Origin: Gemmatimonadales bacterium
GTDB lineage: Bacteria; Gemmatimonadota; Gemmatimonadetes; Gemmatimonadales; GWC2-71-9
Length of the DNA: 64,000 nucleotides
Direction of reading: 5' to 3'
Assembly: GCA_965249575.1 (NCBI GenBank)
Contig: OZ252244.1
Coordinates: 2,016,001-2,080,000 of the forward strand
The number at the start of each line of letters is the position of its first letter. The first letter of the stretch is position 1. The notes under the pieces are model-generated. The model did no database searches. It had not been told where the DNA came from and worked only from the letters and a program-made list of their open reading frames with translations. Below, one piece after another: positions 9,723 through 19,363 of this stretch. The position numbers were made by a program, and so were the translations under genes.

Positions 9723-11348
9723 ATGAGCGCCGTCAAGGTCCCATTCCCGGTCAACGAGCCGGTCAAGTCTTACGCGCCCGGAACGCCGGAGCGCGCATCG
9801 TTGAAGACCCGTCTCCGCGATATGGCGGGGGAAGAAATCGAGATCCCGTTGCTGATCGGAGGGAAAGAGATCAGGACTGGCGACCTCGGCAAGTCAGTGA
9901 TGCCCCACCGGCACGGTCACGTGCTCGCCACGTGGCATCGCGCCGGCCGGAAGGAGGTCGAGCTCGCGATCAAGACGGCGCTCGAGGCGCACCGTGAATG
10001 GGCATCGTGGCCGTGGGAGGAGCGCGCAAGCGTCTTTCTCAAAGCGGCAGATTTACTCTCAACGACGTGGAGAGATACGATCAACGCGTCGACGATGCTC
10101 TGCCAGAGCAAGACGCCCCATCAAGCGGAGATCGATGCGGTGTGCGAGCTCGTGGATTTCTACCGGTTCAACGTGCAGTTCGCGGAGCACCTGTACGAAG
10201 AGCAGCCGTTCTCAGCCGCCGGAATGTGGAACCGCATCGAGTACCGACCACTTGAGGGGTTCGTCTACGCGGTGACCCCGTTCAACTTCACGTCAATCGC
10301 CGGCAATTTGCCCACGGCGCCGGCCCTCATGGGAAACGTGAGCCTGTGGAAACCGGCGCGGTCGGCGGTATACAGCGGCTATTACCTGGCGCGTCTCTTC
10401 GAGGCGGCGGGGCTCCCGCCAGGCGTCATCAATTTCATACCCGGTGATGCGCGGACCATTAGCGAGGTGGCACTCGTGCATCCCCGCTTGGGTGGTGTGC
10501 ACTTTACGGGCTCGACCGAGGTCTTTCAGGGCATGTGGCGAACCGTCGGGGAGCACATCGCGGACTACGCCTCGTACCCGCGGGTGGTCGGGGAGACTGG
10601 TGGTAAGAACTTCATCATTTCGCACGCAAGCGCCGATGTCGACGCGTTGGTGACGGCCATCATTCGCGGGAGCTTCGAGTACCAGGGCCAGAAGTGCAGT
10701 GCGGTATCACGCGTCTTCGTTCCGGACACCCAGTGGGGGGTGGTAAAGGATCGCCTGCTCGATTTGGTGCCGACCCTCAAAATGGGGGATCCCACGGACT
10801 TCAGGAGTTTCCTCGGAGCGGTCATCGACGAGAGCGCGTTTGACAAGATCTCGGGTTACCTGGCGGGCGCCAAGCGGTCAAAGGATGCCACGATCCTGTG
10901 TGGAGGTGAGGCGAAAGGAGACGAAGGGTACTTCATCGAGCCGACGATCATCGAGGCCCACCGGCCCGACTATGTGACCATGTGCGAGGAAATCTTCGGC
11001 CCGGTCGTCTCGGTGCACGTGTATCCGGAGGCCAAATGGGAACAGGCATTACATCTCATTGATACGGGTTCCCCGTACGGGCTGACCGGTGCGGTGTTCG
11101 CAAACGACCGGCGCGCCGTCCAGGACGCGCACGCTGCACTGCGCTTCGCTGCGGGGAACTTCTACGTCAACGACAAACCGACCGGAGCGGTCATCGGGCA
11201 GCAGCCGTTTGGAGGCTCGCGGGCGAGCGGCACCAACGATAAGGCGGGGTCGATGCTGAACCTCGCGAGGTGGGTGTCGGCGCGAACCATCAAAGAGACG
11301 TTTACGCCCCCCACCGACCATCGCTACCCGTTCATGGCCGAAGAGTAG
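9723..11348 (+). CDS. pruA: L-glutamate gamma-semialdehyde (P5C) dehydrogenase
   Basis: NEPVKSYAPG, PFNFTSIAGNL, FTGST, ETGGKN, YQGQKCSA, EEIFGP, QQPFGGSRASGTNDK. Confidence 0.95.
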   Translation: MSAVKVPFPVNEPVKSYAPGTPERASLKTRLRDMAGEEIEIPLLIGGKEIRTGDLGKSVMPHRHGHVLATWHRAGRKEVELAIKTALEAHREWASWPWEERASVFLKAADLLSTTWRDTINASTMLCQSKTPHQAEIDAVCELVDFYRFNVQFAEHLYEEQPFSAAGMWNRIEYRPLEGFVYAVTPFNFTSIAGNLPTAPALMGNVSLWKPARSAVYSGYYLARLFEAAGLPPGVINFIPGDARTISEVALVHPRLGGVHFTGSTEVFQGMWRTVGEHIADYASYPRVVGETGGKNFIISHASADVDALVTAIIRGSFEYQGQKCSAVSRVFVPDTQWGVVKDRLLDLVPTLKMGDPTDFRSFLGAVIDESAFDKISGYLAGAKRSKDATILCGGEAKGDEGYFIEPTIIEAHRPDYVTMCEEIFGPVVSVHVYPEAKWEQALHLIDTGSPYGLTGAVFANDRRAVQDAHAALRFAAGNFYVNDKPTGAVIGQQPFGGSRASGTNDKAGSMLNLARWVSARTIKETFTPPTDHRYPFMAEE

Positions 11349-11369
11349 CCAAGCCGGGTATCACGTGCG

Positions 11370-11405
11370 AACGGGTGGGCTCGGTTGCTCCGAGACCCAC
11401 CCGTT
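11370..11405. terminator. Hairpin between convergent genes, probable bidirectional terminator
   Basis: AACGGGTGGG...CCCACCCGTT inverted repeat between the pruA stop and the convergent ORF. Confidence 0.65.
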
Positions 11406-11427
11406 CCATTTTCAGCACGCGCGGCGG

Positions 11428-12087
11428 CTACATCTTATGGATCGCGAAACCGCCGACGTGGACGTCGAGATTGTGGTTTACTCGGAATCCCACAACGCCA
11501 TCGGTGGATAGGGCCGACGCTTCGGCCGTGAACACTTCTTTGTCGTTCACGGTGAAGCTCACCCGGTCGCCCGTGACCCCAACGGCAAGCGCGTTGGTTG
11601 CCTTCCCCGACTCGTCAGCCTTCTTGATAGCCGCGTGGTCGGTCCACCCCGAGTTGATGTTCGACGTCGAGCCGCCATCGCGGCGCTTGACGAGAAACTT
11701 GCCGTCTCCCCGGACCAGGAAATAGGTGTACTTCTGGTCGCTACCCTGGAGATCGCCACCTCCGACGATCAGGCCATATCCCTCGGCGTGTCTGGGTGCC
11801 TTGGTCTGGGTGAACGTGGCCATCGCGTGGTAATTGCCCATGGCCTTGTCGGATTCGCGATAGACGACGGCGGCTGGCCCGAGGGTGAAATGCCACCCCG
11901 ATCCCATCTCCCAGAATTTGACGTTGTCGACGGGTGCGTTGCGATCGGTGCGGGCAGCCCACCCGGCCGGGAGCTTGCCCCCTCCTTCGACCGCGTCGTC
12001 GGGGTCCTCATTCATCTGACCCCGTTGTTGCGCAGTGAGCGGCAGTGCCATGAAGGCGGTTAGTAACACGAGCGACAGGACGCACAT
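11428..12087 (-). CDS. Secreted beta-sandwich protein (DUF1080/concanavalin-like fold probable)
   Basis: GAGGA RBS, signal peptide MCVLSLVLLTAFMALPLTAQ, beta-rich body (EGYGLIVGG, YFLVRGDGKF, GVVGFRVNH). Confidence 0.65.
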   Translation of the reverse strand: MCVLSLVLLTAFMALPLTAQQRGQMNEDPDDAVEGGGKLPAGWAARTDRNAPVDNVKFWEMGSGWHFTLGPAAVVYRESDKAMGNYHAMATFTQTKAPRHAEGYGLIVGGGDLQGSDQKYTYFLVRGDGKFLVKRRDGGSTSNINSGWTDHAAIKKADESGKATNALAVGVTGDRVSFTVNDKEVFTAEASALSTDGVVGFRVNHNLDVHVGGFAIHKM

Positions 12088-12239
12088 AACTTCCTCGCAG
12101 CGAATGTGGTTGGGTTGAGATTGATTCGTCGGACGATTTCCCGCAAGGCTGCTGGATCCCGCCTGACTTGACGGGTAACCCGCTTCCCGCCGATTGTTCC
12201 CCTGGGCCCGGCAACCCGACACAAACACTTCGGAAACCG

Positions 12240-12602
12240 ATGACGGAAGTCAAGTTTCGCCAGGCGGCGTTCGCGTATCTCCACGTGGCCATCCTCTACG
12301 AGGCGGCGGCCTACGTGATGTGGAGACAGGGGCTTCTGCCGGATGGGCGCGGGCCGGGTTGGCTGTGGTTGGTCATCGGGGCGGCGGTGGGCGGGGGCAT
12401 CTTCATCGGCCTGCTCCGGTGGCGCAACGTGTGGTTCGCCCGCGTGGTCTGGGCGGTGCACGGAGCCCGGCTCCCCGCGCTCATCGGCGGCGCCTTCTTT
12501 GCCGGTGAGTCGGCCCGGCTCCCGTCCGCCTTCTACTTGACGGCGATCGTTGTTGTGGTCATCAACCTGTGGATGCTGGCCCGCGCGGCGTGGGACCTGT
12601 GA
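12240..12602 (+). CDS. Small multi-pass membrane protein
   Basis: 120-aa hydrophobic ORF; its stop overlaps the GTG of the Mrp gene. Confidence 0.75.
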   Translation: MTEVKFRQAAFAYLHVAILYEAAAYVMWRQGLLPDGRGPGWLWLVIGAAVGGGIFIGLLRWRNVWFARVVWAVHGARLPALIGGAFFAGESARLPSAFYLTAIVVVVINLWMLARAAWDL

Positions 12603-13462
12603 CGTTCCGAACCTACGGGGCCATGGAGGGCGAGGATGGCTCCAATCTCGCCGCCCAGGTTCAGGCCCAGCGAGTGCGGGTTGCCAAGCGACTGGGAGAC
12701 GTCAAGCAGGTCATCGCCGTGATGAGTGGGAAGGGCGGCGTAGGAAAGAGCTACGTTTCTACGGCGCTCGCGCTGAGCGCGGCGGCCCTCGAACGAGGGA
12801 CGATTGGCGTGCTCGACGCGGACCTCCACGGACCGACGTGCGGGCGCCTGCTGGGGGCTCGCGGGCCGCTCCGGGTCACCGATGCGGGTGTGGAGCCGGC
12901 GGTGGGCTATTCCGGCGTCCGCGTGTTTTCCACCGACCTCCTCTTGGCCGAGGGCGCGCCACTCAAGTGGAAGCAGGAGGCGGGCGAGGGGTTCACCTCG
13001 AGGAGCCTCCTCGAGGCGGGGGCGTTGCGGGAGCTGCTCGGTGACGTAGTGTGGGGGGAATTGGAGCTCCTCATCGTGGATCTTCCACCGGGGGCGGATC
13101 GGCTCGAAGACCTGGCATTGCTCGTGCCGGACCTCTTGGGGGCCGTGGCGATCACGATCCCGAGCGAAGAATCACGCGCGTCGGTGCAGCGTGCGATGCA
13201 GGCAGCCGTGGACATCGAGGTACGCCTCTTGGGGATCATCGAGAACATGTGCGGCTATCTTTGCGGGAACTGTGGCGAAACGGGGCCGCTGTTCGCTGGC
13301 GACGCCGGGGCCGAGTTGGCGGCCGAATTCGGGGTGCCGTTTCTTGGGCGCATTCCGTTCCACGCGCCCCGCCGGACGATGGAGCCGCAGGGCGCGGCGC
13401 CCCCCGGTCCGCGCCCGTCTTTGCAGCACGTCATCGACGCTACTCTGGAGATCGTCCTGTGA
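12599..13462 (+). CDS. mrp: Mrp/NBP35 (ApbC) Fe-S cluster carrier ATPase
   Basis: SGKGGVGKS, DADLHGP, VDLPPG, ENMCGYLCGNCG. Confidence 0.85.
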   Translation: MTFRTYGAMEGEDGSNLAAQVQAQRVRVAKRLGDVKQVIAVMSGKGGVGKSYVSTALALSAAALERGTIGVLDADLHGPTCGRLLGARGPLRVTDAGVEPAVGYSGVRVFSTDLLLAEGAPLKWKQEAGEGFTSRSLLEAGALRELLGDVVWGELELLIVDLPPGADRLEDLALLVPDLLGAVAITIPSEESRASVQRAMQAAVDIEVRLLGIIENMCGYLCGNCGETGPLFAGDAGAELAAEFGVPFLGRIPFHAPRRTMEPQGAAPPGPRPSLQHVIDATLEIVL

Positions 13463-13911
13463 AGTTCCTGTGTGTGGACTGCGATGAGCAGATGGAGTTC
13501 GATGAGCGTAAGACACCCGGCGATGGAACGTTCGCGGCCGCCTTTCGATGCCCCGCCTGCAATCGGAAGATCGCGATGCTGGCCAACCCCATGGAGACAC
13601 AGTTGGTGGGTTCGCTGGGGGTGCGTATCGGTGGGCGCACGCTCGACGAGCAGCCCCTCGAGCTCGTTCGAAGCAAGTTGGTTGGTCGAGAGGACGCGTT
13701 CGTCGACGAGCCACCATCCAAGGTCGGCCCAGCGGGCAGGCGTCCAGAGTGGTCCATTGAGGCGCAGGATCGGCTCGCCCGGGTGCCGACGTTCGTTCGC
13801 GGGATGGTGAAGAAGATCTATACCGAATATGCCAGAGATCACGACATCGCGGAGATCACGCCGGCGATGATGGATCGTGCCAGGAGCGATCTAGGGCTCG
13901 AGGGCATGTGA
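13459..13911 (+). CDS. Zn-ribbon protein with C-terminal PCP_red-like domain
   Basis: GTG overlaps the Mrp stop; CVDC...CPAC; C-terminal WSIEAQDRLARVPTFVRGMVKK...AEIT. Confidence 0.8.
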   Translation: MKFLCVDCDEQMEFDERKTPGDGTFAAAFRCPACNRKIAMLANPMETQLVGSLGVRIGGRTLDEQPLELVRSKLVGREDAFVDEPPSKVGPAGRRPEWSIEAQDRLARVPTFVRGMVKKIYTEYARDHDIAEITPAMMDRARSDLGLEGM

Positions 13912-14156
13912 TGGTGAGCGAGTTCGACGAGCGAGCCGTGGGAGATGTTCGCGTGCGCATCGACCGCACGCTCTGCGTGGGGTTCGCCGACTGCGTCGAG
14001 GAGGCCCCGGAAGCTTTTGGGCTAGACGACGACGACGTCGCCGTCTTCCTGGCCCCGGAGGACGTGAGCCGCGACCGATTGCTGAAAGCGTGCGATGTCT
14101 GTCCCGTCGATGCATTGACCGTATGGGACGGCTCAGGGAGTCAATTAGTCCCTTGA
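13911..14156 (+). CDS. Single-cluster ferredoxin
   Basis: VRIDRTLCVGFADC...APEAF...CDVCPVDAL. Confidence 0.85.
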   Translation: MVSEFDERAVGDVRVRIDRTLCVGFADCVEEAPEAFGLDDDDVAVFLAPEDVSRDRLLKACDVCPVDALTVWDGSGSQLVP

Positions 14157-14181
14157 CAGGTGGGTCTCGGTATCCCATGTT
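14153..14181 (+). promoter_or_regulatory. Candidate sigma70 promoter for the downstream respiratory genes
   Basis: TTGACA-17 bp-CATGTT at the start of the only sizeable gap in the cluster. Confidence 0.4.
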
Positions 14182-14353
14182 CGGCTCCGTTGCCAGGTCG
14201 AAGCGCACGATCGCAGGATGGAGAGCGGGCGATCGGTTTTACGGGGATTCTGCCGGCCTGTGTCTAGCGTTTGTCTGCCGTTGTCTATAGATCAAACCGC
14301 ACCGTCAGAGGTACATTCCAATTCACCCGACCCCCAAGGCCGAGGGCGGAGCC

Positions 14354-16330
14354 ATGTATAGAGAGATTTTTGTTCCAGTCGACAACTCCCAGCATTCTGA
14401 CTGGGCCGTCGACCGGGCGATCGAATTGTGTACCAGGTCCGACGGCTTGGTCACTGCGAACCACGTGTATGCCGCCCGGCTGCACGATGTCCGCTTCCGA
14501 CAGCTCGAGACCGGCCTTCCCGCGCAGTTCCAGACACCCGCAGAGATCAAGAAGCAGCGCAAAATCCACGATAAGTTGATTGAGAAGGGCCTTCAGCTCA
14601 TAGCTGACAGCTTTCTCGATCACGTCGCGAACCGTTGCGAGGCGGCCGGCGTGTCGGTCACTCGACAACTCCTCGAAGGAATCAACTACGAGGAGATCGT
14701 CAACGAGGTAAACCGCGGTGAGGGGCGTCTGCCGGGGCTCATCGGGTTCGACCCGAACAGGGCGGCGACGTACGACGGCGGAGAGCGGGTGCGAAGCGAC
14801 GTTCGTGTCGGTGACGACGGACGCTTGGTGGCGGAGGACGAAGATACTGCTGCGCGGCTGGTCGGGACGTCGGGTCGCAAGTACGACTTGGTCGTTTTTG
14901 GGGGACACGGACTTGGACGGCAGCCGTACTCACAGCTCGGCGGGGTGGTGAGCCGGGCCATACGAGGCATCGAGAAAGACGTTCTCGTGGTGCGGGACGA
15001 GAGGTCGCTCACCGGCGGCCGGTACATGGTCTGCGTGGACGGCTCGTCCTATAGCTACCGCGCGATGAAAGTCGCTCTCGAGCTGGCGCAGGAGTTCGGG
15101 GGCTCCGTCTACGCTTGCAGCGCCTTCGACGTCGAGTACCACCACGTGGTCTTTAACAACATCAAGGACGTGCTATCGGTCCAGGCGTCGAAGGTGTTCA
15201 AATTCGAGGAGCAGGAGGAGCTTCACAACAACATCATTGATAAAGGGCTGTTGAAGCTCTGCCAGGCCAATCTCAAGCGGGCGCAGGTCATGGCGGAGGA
15301 GTTTCCGGACGTCCCCCTGACGACGCAGATCCTGGTCGGCAAGCCATTCCAAGTCATCATGCAGTGGATCGAAGAGATCGAGCCCGCGCTTCTCATCATT
15401 GCTCGTCACGGCGCGCACCGCATCGAAGGCACGGCCATCGGCTCGCAGGCCGACAACCTGATGCGTCTCGCGCCGTGCAATACGCTGCTCGCAGGCACCG
15501 TGGGGATCCGGCCCGAGGAGATCCCCTGGATCGAAGAGGACGGACAGGCCGGGCTACCTTGGGCCCCAGAGGCGGAGGTGCGTATTCTCCGCGTTCCACC
15601 GTTTGCGCAGGGAATCGCGAGGCGCGCCGTCGAAGAGTTCGTGATCGAGCGCGGCGGCGATATCGTGACGAATCCGTCGCTCGACGAGGCGATCAAGAAG
15701 TTGTTGCCAACCCACATGCAGCTGATCATGGGGATCGGGACCGCCGAGGAGGTCGTGCTGGCGGAAACGAAGGCGACCGAGCAGATGGAGGCGACCAAGG
15801 TGCGCGGCTCGGATGACGATCCCGAGCCCGAGGAGGCCATCGTCGAGGTGAAATGCCCCGTCACCGGCGACGTCACCACACGACCGCGCGTCGCGACCGA
15901 CCCGATCGTCTGGACGAACGAGGCCTGGCAGCGGCTCCAACTGGTTCCCCTCATCGCGCGGCCGCTTGCGCGAAACACGGTCGAGCGGTTCGCCCGAAAC
16001 CACGAGATCTGGCGCGTCACGACGCCGGTGATGGACGAGAACAAACAGGCCATGATCGAGGCCGACGAGTTCGATGTCGAGACCATGATGGTGATGTTCA
16101 ACGAGCTCCGAGCGAAGCAGATCCGGGCGGAGGCGGAGGGGAAGGACGGCATGTCGCCGGAGATGCGCCGGTTCATCGAGGAAGCAAAGGCCGCCGGGGT
16201 CACTCGGTGCCCGATCCGTGACATCGAAGAACGGGTGGACGGGTGTCCGGTGGACTTCAAGACCGCGACGCCGGACCAGGCCAAGGCCGCAGTGGAGCGG
16301 ATGTTGCAGACGCCGGCGGGGGACGACTGA
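14354..16330 (+). CDS. Tandem universal stress protein domains plus two PCP_red-like domains and Cys-Pro motifs
   Basis: IFVPVDNSQHS...GGHGLG...LGGVVSR (USP1); VCVDGSSYS...IGSQADNLMRLAPC (USP2); WAPEAEVRILRVPPF and WTNEAWQRLQLVPLI repeats; CPVT, CPIR, CPVD. Confidence 0.85.
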   Translation: MYREIFVPVDNSQHSDWAVDRAIELCTRSDGLVTANHVYAARLHDVRFRQLETGLPAQFQTPAEIKKQRKIHDKLIEKGLQLIADSFLDHVANRCEAAGVSVTRQLLEGINYEEIVNEVNRGEGRLPGLIGFDPNRAATYDGGERVRSDVRVGDDGRLVAEDEDTAARLVGTSGRKYDLVVFGGHGLGRQPYSQLGGVVSRAIRGIEKDVLVVRDERSLTGGRYMVCVDGSSYSYRAMKVALELAQEFGGSVYACSAFDVEYHHVVFNNIKDVLSVQASKVFKFEEQEELHNNIIDKGLLKLCQANLKRAQVMAEEFPDVPLTTQILVGKPFQVIMQWIEEIEPALLIIARHGAHRIEGTAIGSQADNLMRLAPCNTLLAGTVGIRPEEIPWIEEDGQAGLPWAPEAEVRILRVPPFAQGIARRAVEEFVIERGGDIVTNPSLDEAIKKLLPTHMQLIMGIGTAEEVVLAETKATEQMEATKVRGSDDDPEPEEAIVEVKCPVTGDVTTRPRVATDPIVWTNEAWQRLQLVPLIARPLARNTVERFARNHEIWRVTTPVMDENKQAMIEADEFDVETMMVMFNELRAKQIRAEAEGKDGMSPEMRRFIEEAKAAGVTRCPIRDIEERVDGCPVDFKTATPDQAKAAVERMLQTPAGDD

Positions 16331-17670
16331 GCCGTCAGCTCTTTGCACGCGCCCGGCTCGATGAGGCAGGCGCGGGCGGCTATGCCACGAGTTCGGAGGC
16401 GGCGGTTCCTCACGTCGTGGCGTGGAACCTCACGCGCCGATGTAACTTGGAATGCGCCCATTGCTATATCGCCGCGGGACCGGAGGAAACCGGCGCCGGG
16501 GAGCTGTCGACGGAGGAGTGCCTCCGCATCGCGTCGGAGATCATCGATGTCAATCCCTCGCCAATGTTCATTCTTTCCGGCGGCGAGCCGCTATTGCGGG
16601 ACGACCTTGAGACCATAGCCTCCTTCGCCGCCGGGCGGGGCGCCACGGTGGTCGTGGGCACCAACGGGACCCTCCTCACCGATGACCGGATTGCGGCCCT
16701 CAAGGATGCGGGGGTGACCGGCGTAGCGGTTAGCGTCGACTCGCTGGTCGACCGCCGCCACGACCGGTTTCGCCACGGTCCCGGTTCGCTCGCGGCAACC
16801 ACCGCGGCGCTCGAGCGCCTCCGGAACCACCGCCTGGACTTCGTAATTCAGACGACGGCAACCAAAGCCAACCGTCGGGAGCTCGACCAACTGGTCGCTT
16901 GGGCGGCCGACAAGGGCGCCGTCTCCTTCAACCTGTATTTCCTTGTGGCTACCGGCCGCGGCGCGAGGCTGGCCGATCTCGGACCGCACGATTACGAAGC
17001 GATTCTCAGCGAGCTGGTCGACCACCACGAGCGGTACCTCGGCCGAATGATGGTCCGCGCCAAATGCGCCCCGCACTTCATGCGGCTGGTTCACGAGCGG
17101 GCGCCGGACTCACCGGTTTTGAACTACCAGACCCGATGTCCCTGCGGCGTGCAGTACTGCCGCATAACGCCTGACGGGAAGCTCACACCCTGTCCCTATA
17201 TGCCGTCTGTCGCCGGAGACCTGCGGCGGCAGAGCTTCAAATCGGTCTGGTCGGAGTCCTCGTTGTTCCAGGATCTGCGGGGCAAGTCCGTTGGCGGCAA
17301 GTGCGGTCGCTGCGAATACCGGCGGATGTGCGGGGGCTGCCGGGCGCGCGCGCTGGCTTTAGAGGGCGACCACCTCGCCGCCGACCCGTCGTGCGCCTAC
17401 GAGCCGGTGGACGGGGCGGAGCTCGTGACCGTCGGACGTGAAGCGTCGTACGGTAGCCCCGTAGAGCCAAGCCTGCGCTGGACCCCCGAGGCGGAAGCGC
17501 GAATTCGTAAGATCCCGTCGTTCGTCCGAGGCGTGGTCGTCACACGGCTTGAGAGCTACGCGCGCGCGCGAGGGTTGTCCGAAATCACGGTAGACATGAT
17601 GAAAGGCGTGCGAAAATCCATGCCGGTCGATTTCTCGAAACGCCTGCCGTTCTTCTTGCGAGATGACTAG
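16327..17670 (+). CDS. Radical SAM/SPASM protein, AhbD/NirJ-like (heme biosynthesis/modification), with C-terminal PCP_red-like domain; start uncertain
   Basis: WNLTRRCNLECAHCY, SGGEPL, SPASM CPCG..YC...TPCPY, GKCGRCEY...CGGCRARA...DPSC; terminal WTPEAEARIRKIPSFVRG. Confidence 0.85.
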   Translation: MSRQLFARARLDEAGAGGYATSSEAAVPHVVAWNLTRRCNLECAHCYIAAGPEETGAGELSTEECLRIASEIIDVNPSPMFILSGGEPLLRDDLETIASFAAGRGATVVVGTNGTLLTDDRIAALKDAGVTGVAVSVDSLVDRRHDRFRHGPGSLAATTAALERLRNHRLDFVIQTTATKANRRELDQLVAWAADKGAVSFNLYFLVATGRGARLADLGPHDYEAILSELVDHHERYLGRMMVRAKCAPHFMRLVHERAPDSPVLNYQTRCPCGVQYCRITPDGKLTPCPYMPSVAGDLRRQSFKSVWSESSLFQDLRGKSVGGKCGRCEYRRMCGGCRARALALEGDHLAADPSCAYEPVDGAELVTVGREASYGSPVEPSLRWTPEAEARIRKIPSFVRGVVVTRLESYARARGLSEITVDMMKGVRKSMPVDFSKRLPFFLRDD

Positions 17671-19357
17671 CCTAGCCTGGTTCCTCGTTCAAGCCGCCGA
17701 TACCACCGGTGCCTACGGGCATTTCCCGGGAATCGGCGCGCGCGGTGCCGTATGGATCGCCGCAGAAGTCCACCTGATGTTCGCGGCCTTCGTCCTGGGC
17801 GTGCCGATGTTCGCGGTCATTACGGAGTTGATCGGGATAGTCGGCAAGGACTCGAAATACGACAAGTTGTCAAAGGAGTTCACCCGACTTCTGGTGTTTG
17901 CCTACAGCGCGACCGCCCTGTGGGGCGGCATGTTGCTGTTCCTCCTGAGCACGTTGTATCCGGCATTCTGGTCCCACATGTCGAGGGTGTTCAGCCTCTC
18001 GATGTGGATCTACGCCGGGCTTTTCTTCATCGAGTCGTTTACGCTCTACCTCTATTACTACGGGTGGGACCGGTGGAGCGCGGGCCGGGCGAAATGGGTT
18101 CACTGGGGGCTCGGCGTGCTCCTGAACGTGTGGGGCACCATCGTGATGTTTATCGCGAATGGGTGGCTCACTTACATGATGTCCCCGCCGAGCGGGGTCA
18201 CCGCGGAGGGGCTGCCCCCGGACGTGGGGCTCTGGGCGGCGATTGCGAACGCGACCTGGATACCGATCAACATCCACCGCCTGATCGGCAACGCGGTGTT
18301 CGGTGGCGCCATCGTCGCCGCGTACGCAGCCTATCGGTTCCTCGCGGCTAGGACCGACGAGGAGCGCGCGCACTACGATTGGATGGGCTACGTAGGCAAC
18401 CTCATTGCGGTGTCGACCTTCATCGTGCTGCCTTTTGCCGGATACTGGCTGGGCCGGGAGATCTACGAGTTCAACCAGCAGATGGGCATCACGATGATGG
18501 GCGGTTTCATGAGTTGGCTCTGGATCATCCAGGCCGTGCTGATTGGCGTGCTGTTCCTCGCCGCGAACTACTATCTGTGGATCGGCATGGCGCGCATTCC
18601 AGGCGCGGAGCGATTCACACCGTACACCAAGTGGATGCTGCTGGTGCTCATCGTCGGGTGGATCGTGTGGTCGACGCCACACACCATGATCGCGAGCCGA
18701 GCGGAACTGGCGGCGATGGGTGGCTCGCATCATCCGTTTCTGAACATCTTGGGCGTGATGAGTGCCAAGAACACCGCCGTCAATCTCATGATTCTCACGA
18801 CGTTTCTGTCGTTCCTCTTGTATCGGCGCGCGAACACGCGACCGGTGGTGGCGTGGGCCGCGAACGGCACGCGCGTGCAGGCGGCGATGTTCGTGCTTGC
18901 GGCGGCGGTCGTGATGTACTACGGGATCAGGGGGTACTTCGTCGAGGCGATCGTGCGAATCGGGTTCAGCGTTTACCAGGTGGGCGCCGTGCTGGCCTGC
19001 ATTGTGGGGGTGACCGTCATCGACGTGTTCCTGGGGCGCGGGGCGGAGTCCCGCGGCGCGATTCGGTGGGGGCAGATGCCGGAGCGGTCCCAATACGCCC
19101 TGTTCGTACTCGCCGTTACATTTACTTGGCTCATGGGGCTCATGGGCTTCGCCCGCAGCGGCATCAGACAGCATTGGCATATTTGGGAAGTAATGCGCGA
19201 TACCAGCTCCTTCGCCGCAACGCCGGCATTGGGCTACGCGGCAAACATGATCAGCCTCTGTGTGTTCATCTTCCTGTCACTCGTCGCCGTGATCTTCTGG
19301 CTCGGCGGCCTGGCGGAGCGGGTCACGCAACGACCCGCCGCTGTCGCGGGGGACTGA
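17663..19357 (+). CDS. Cytochrome bd subunit I (CydA)-like membrane protein without Q-loop
   Basis: EVHLMF (first heme His), FFIES, ANGWLTYMMSP, NIHRL (second His), RQHW (RQPW-like); many TM helices; no cydB follows. Confidence 0.8.
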   Translation: MTSLAWFLVQAADTTGAYGHFPGIGARGAVWIAAEVHLMFAAFVLGVPMFAVITELIGIVGKDSKYDKLSKEFTRLLVFAYSATALWGGMLLFLLSTLYPAFWSHMSRVFSLSMWIYAGLFFIESFTLYLYYYGWDRWSAGRAKWVHWGLGVLLNVWGTIVMFIANGWLTYMMSPPSGVTAEGLPPDVGLWAAIANATWIPINIHRLIGNAVFGGAIVAAYAAYRFLAARTDEERAHYDWMGYVGNLIAVSTFIVLPFAGYWLGREIYEFNQQMGITMMGGFMSWLWIIQAVLIGVLFLAANYYLWIGMARIPGAERFTPYTKWMLLVLIVGWIVWSTPHTMIASRAELAAMGGSHHPFLNILGVMSAKNTAVNLMILTTFLSFLLYRRANTRPVVAWAANGTRVQAAMFVLAAAVVMYYGIRGYFVEAIVRIGFSVYQVGAVLACIVGVTVIDVFLGRGAESRGAIRWGQMPERSQYALFVLAVTFTWLMGLMGFARSGIRQHWHIWEVMRDTSSFAATPALGYAANMISLCVFIFLSLVAVIFWLGGLAERVTQRPAAVAGD

Positions 19358-19363
19358 GGTCCG

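Noticed and set aside
12190..12220. SAM-I riboswitch (GGCCCGGCAACC)
   Set aside because: Upstream ATC.AGAG and GAGGGA elements are missing
14281..14296. FNR/CRP box upstream of the USP gene
   Set aside because: Only the ATCAA half-site matches; the left half has three mismatches
13459..17670. Photosynthesis/bacteriochlorophyll genes implied by PCP_red domains
   Set aside because: No nitrogenase-like BchN/BchB catalytic domains, BchL or puf genes are present
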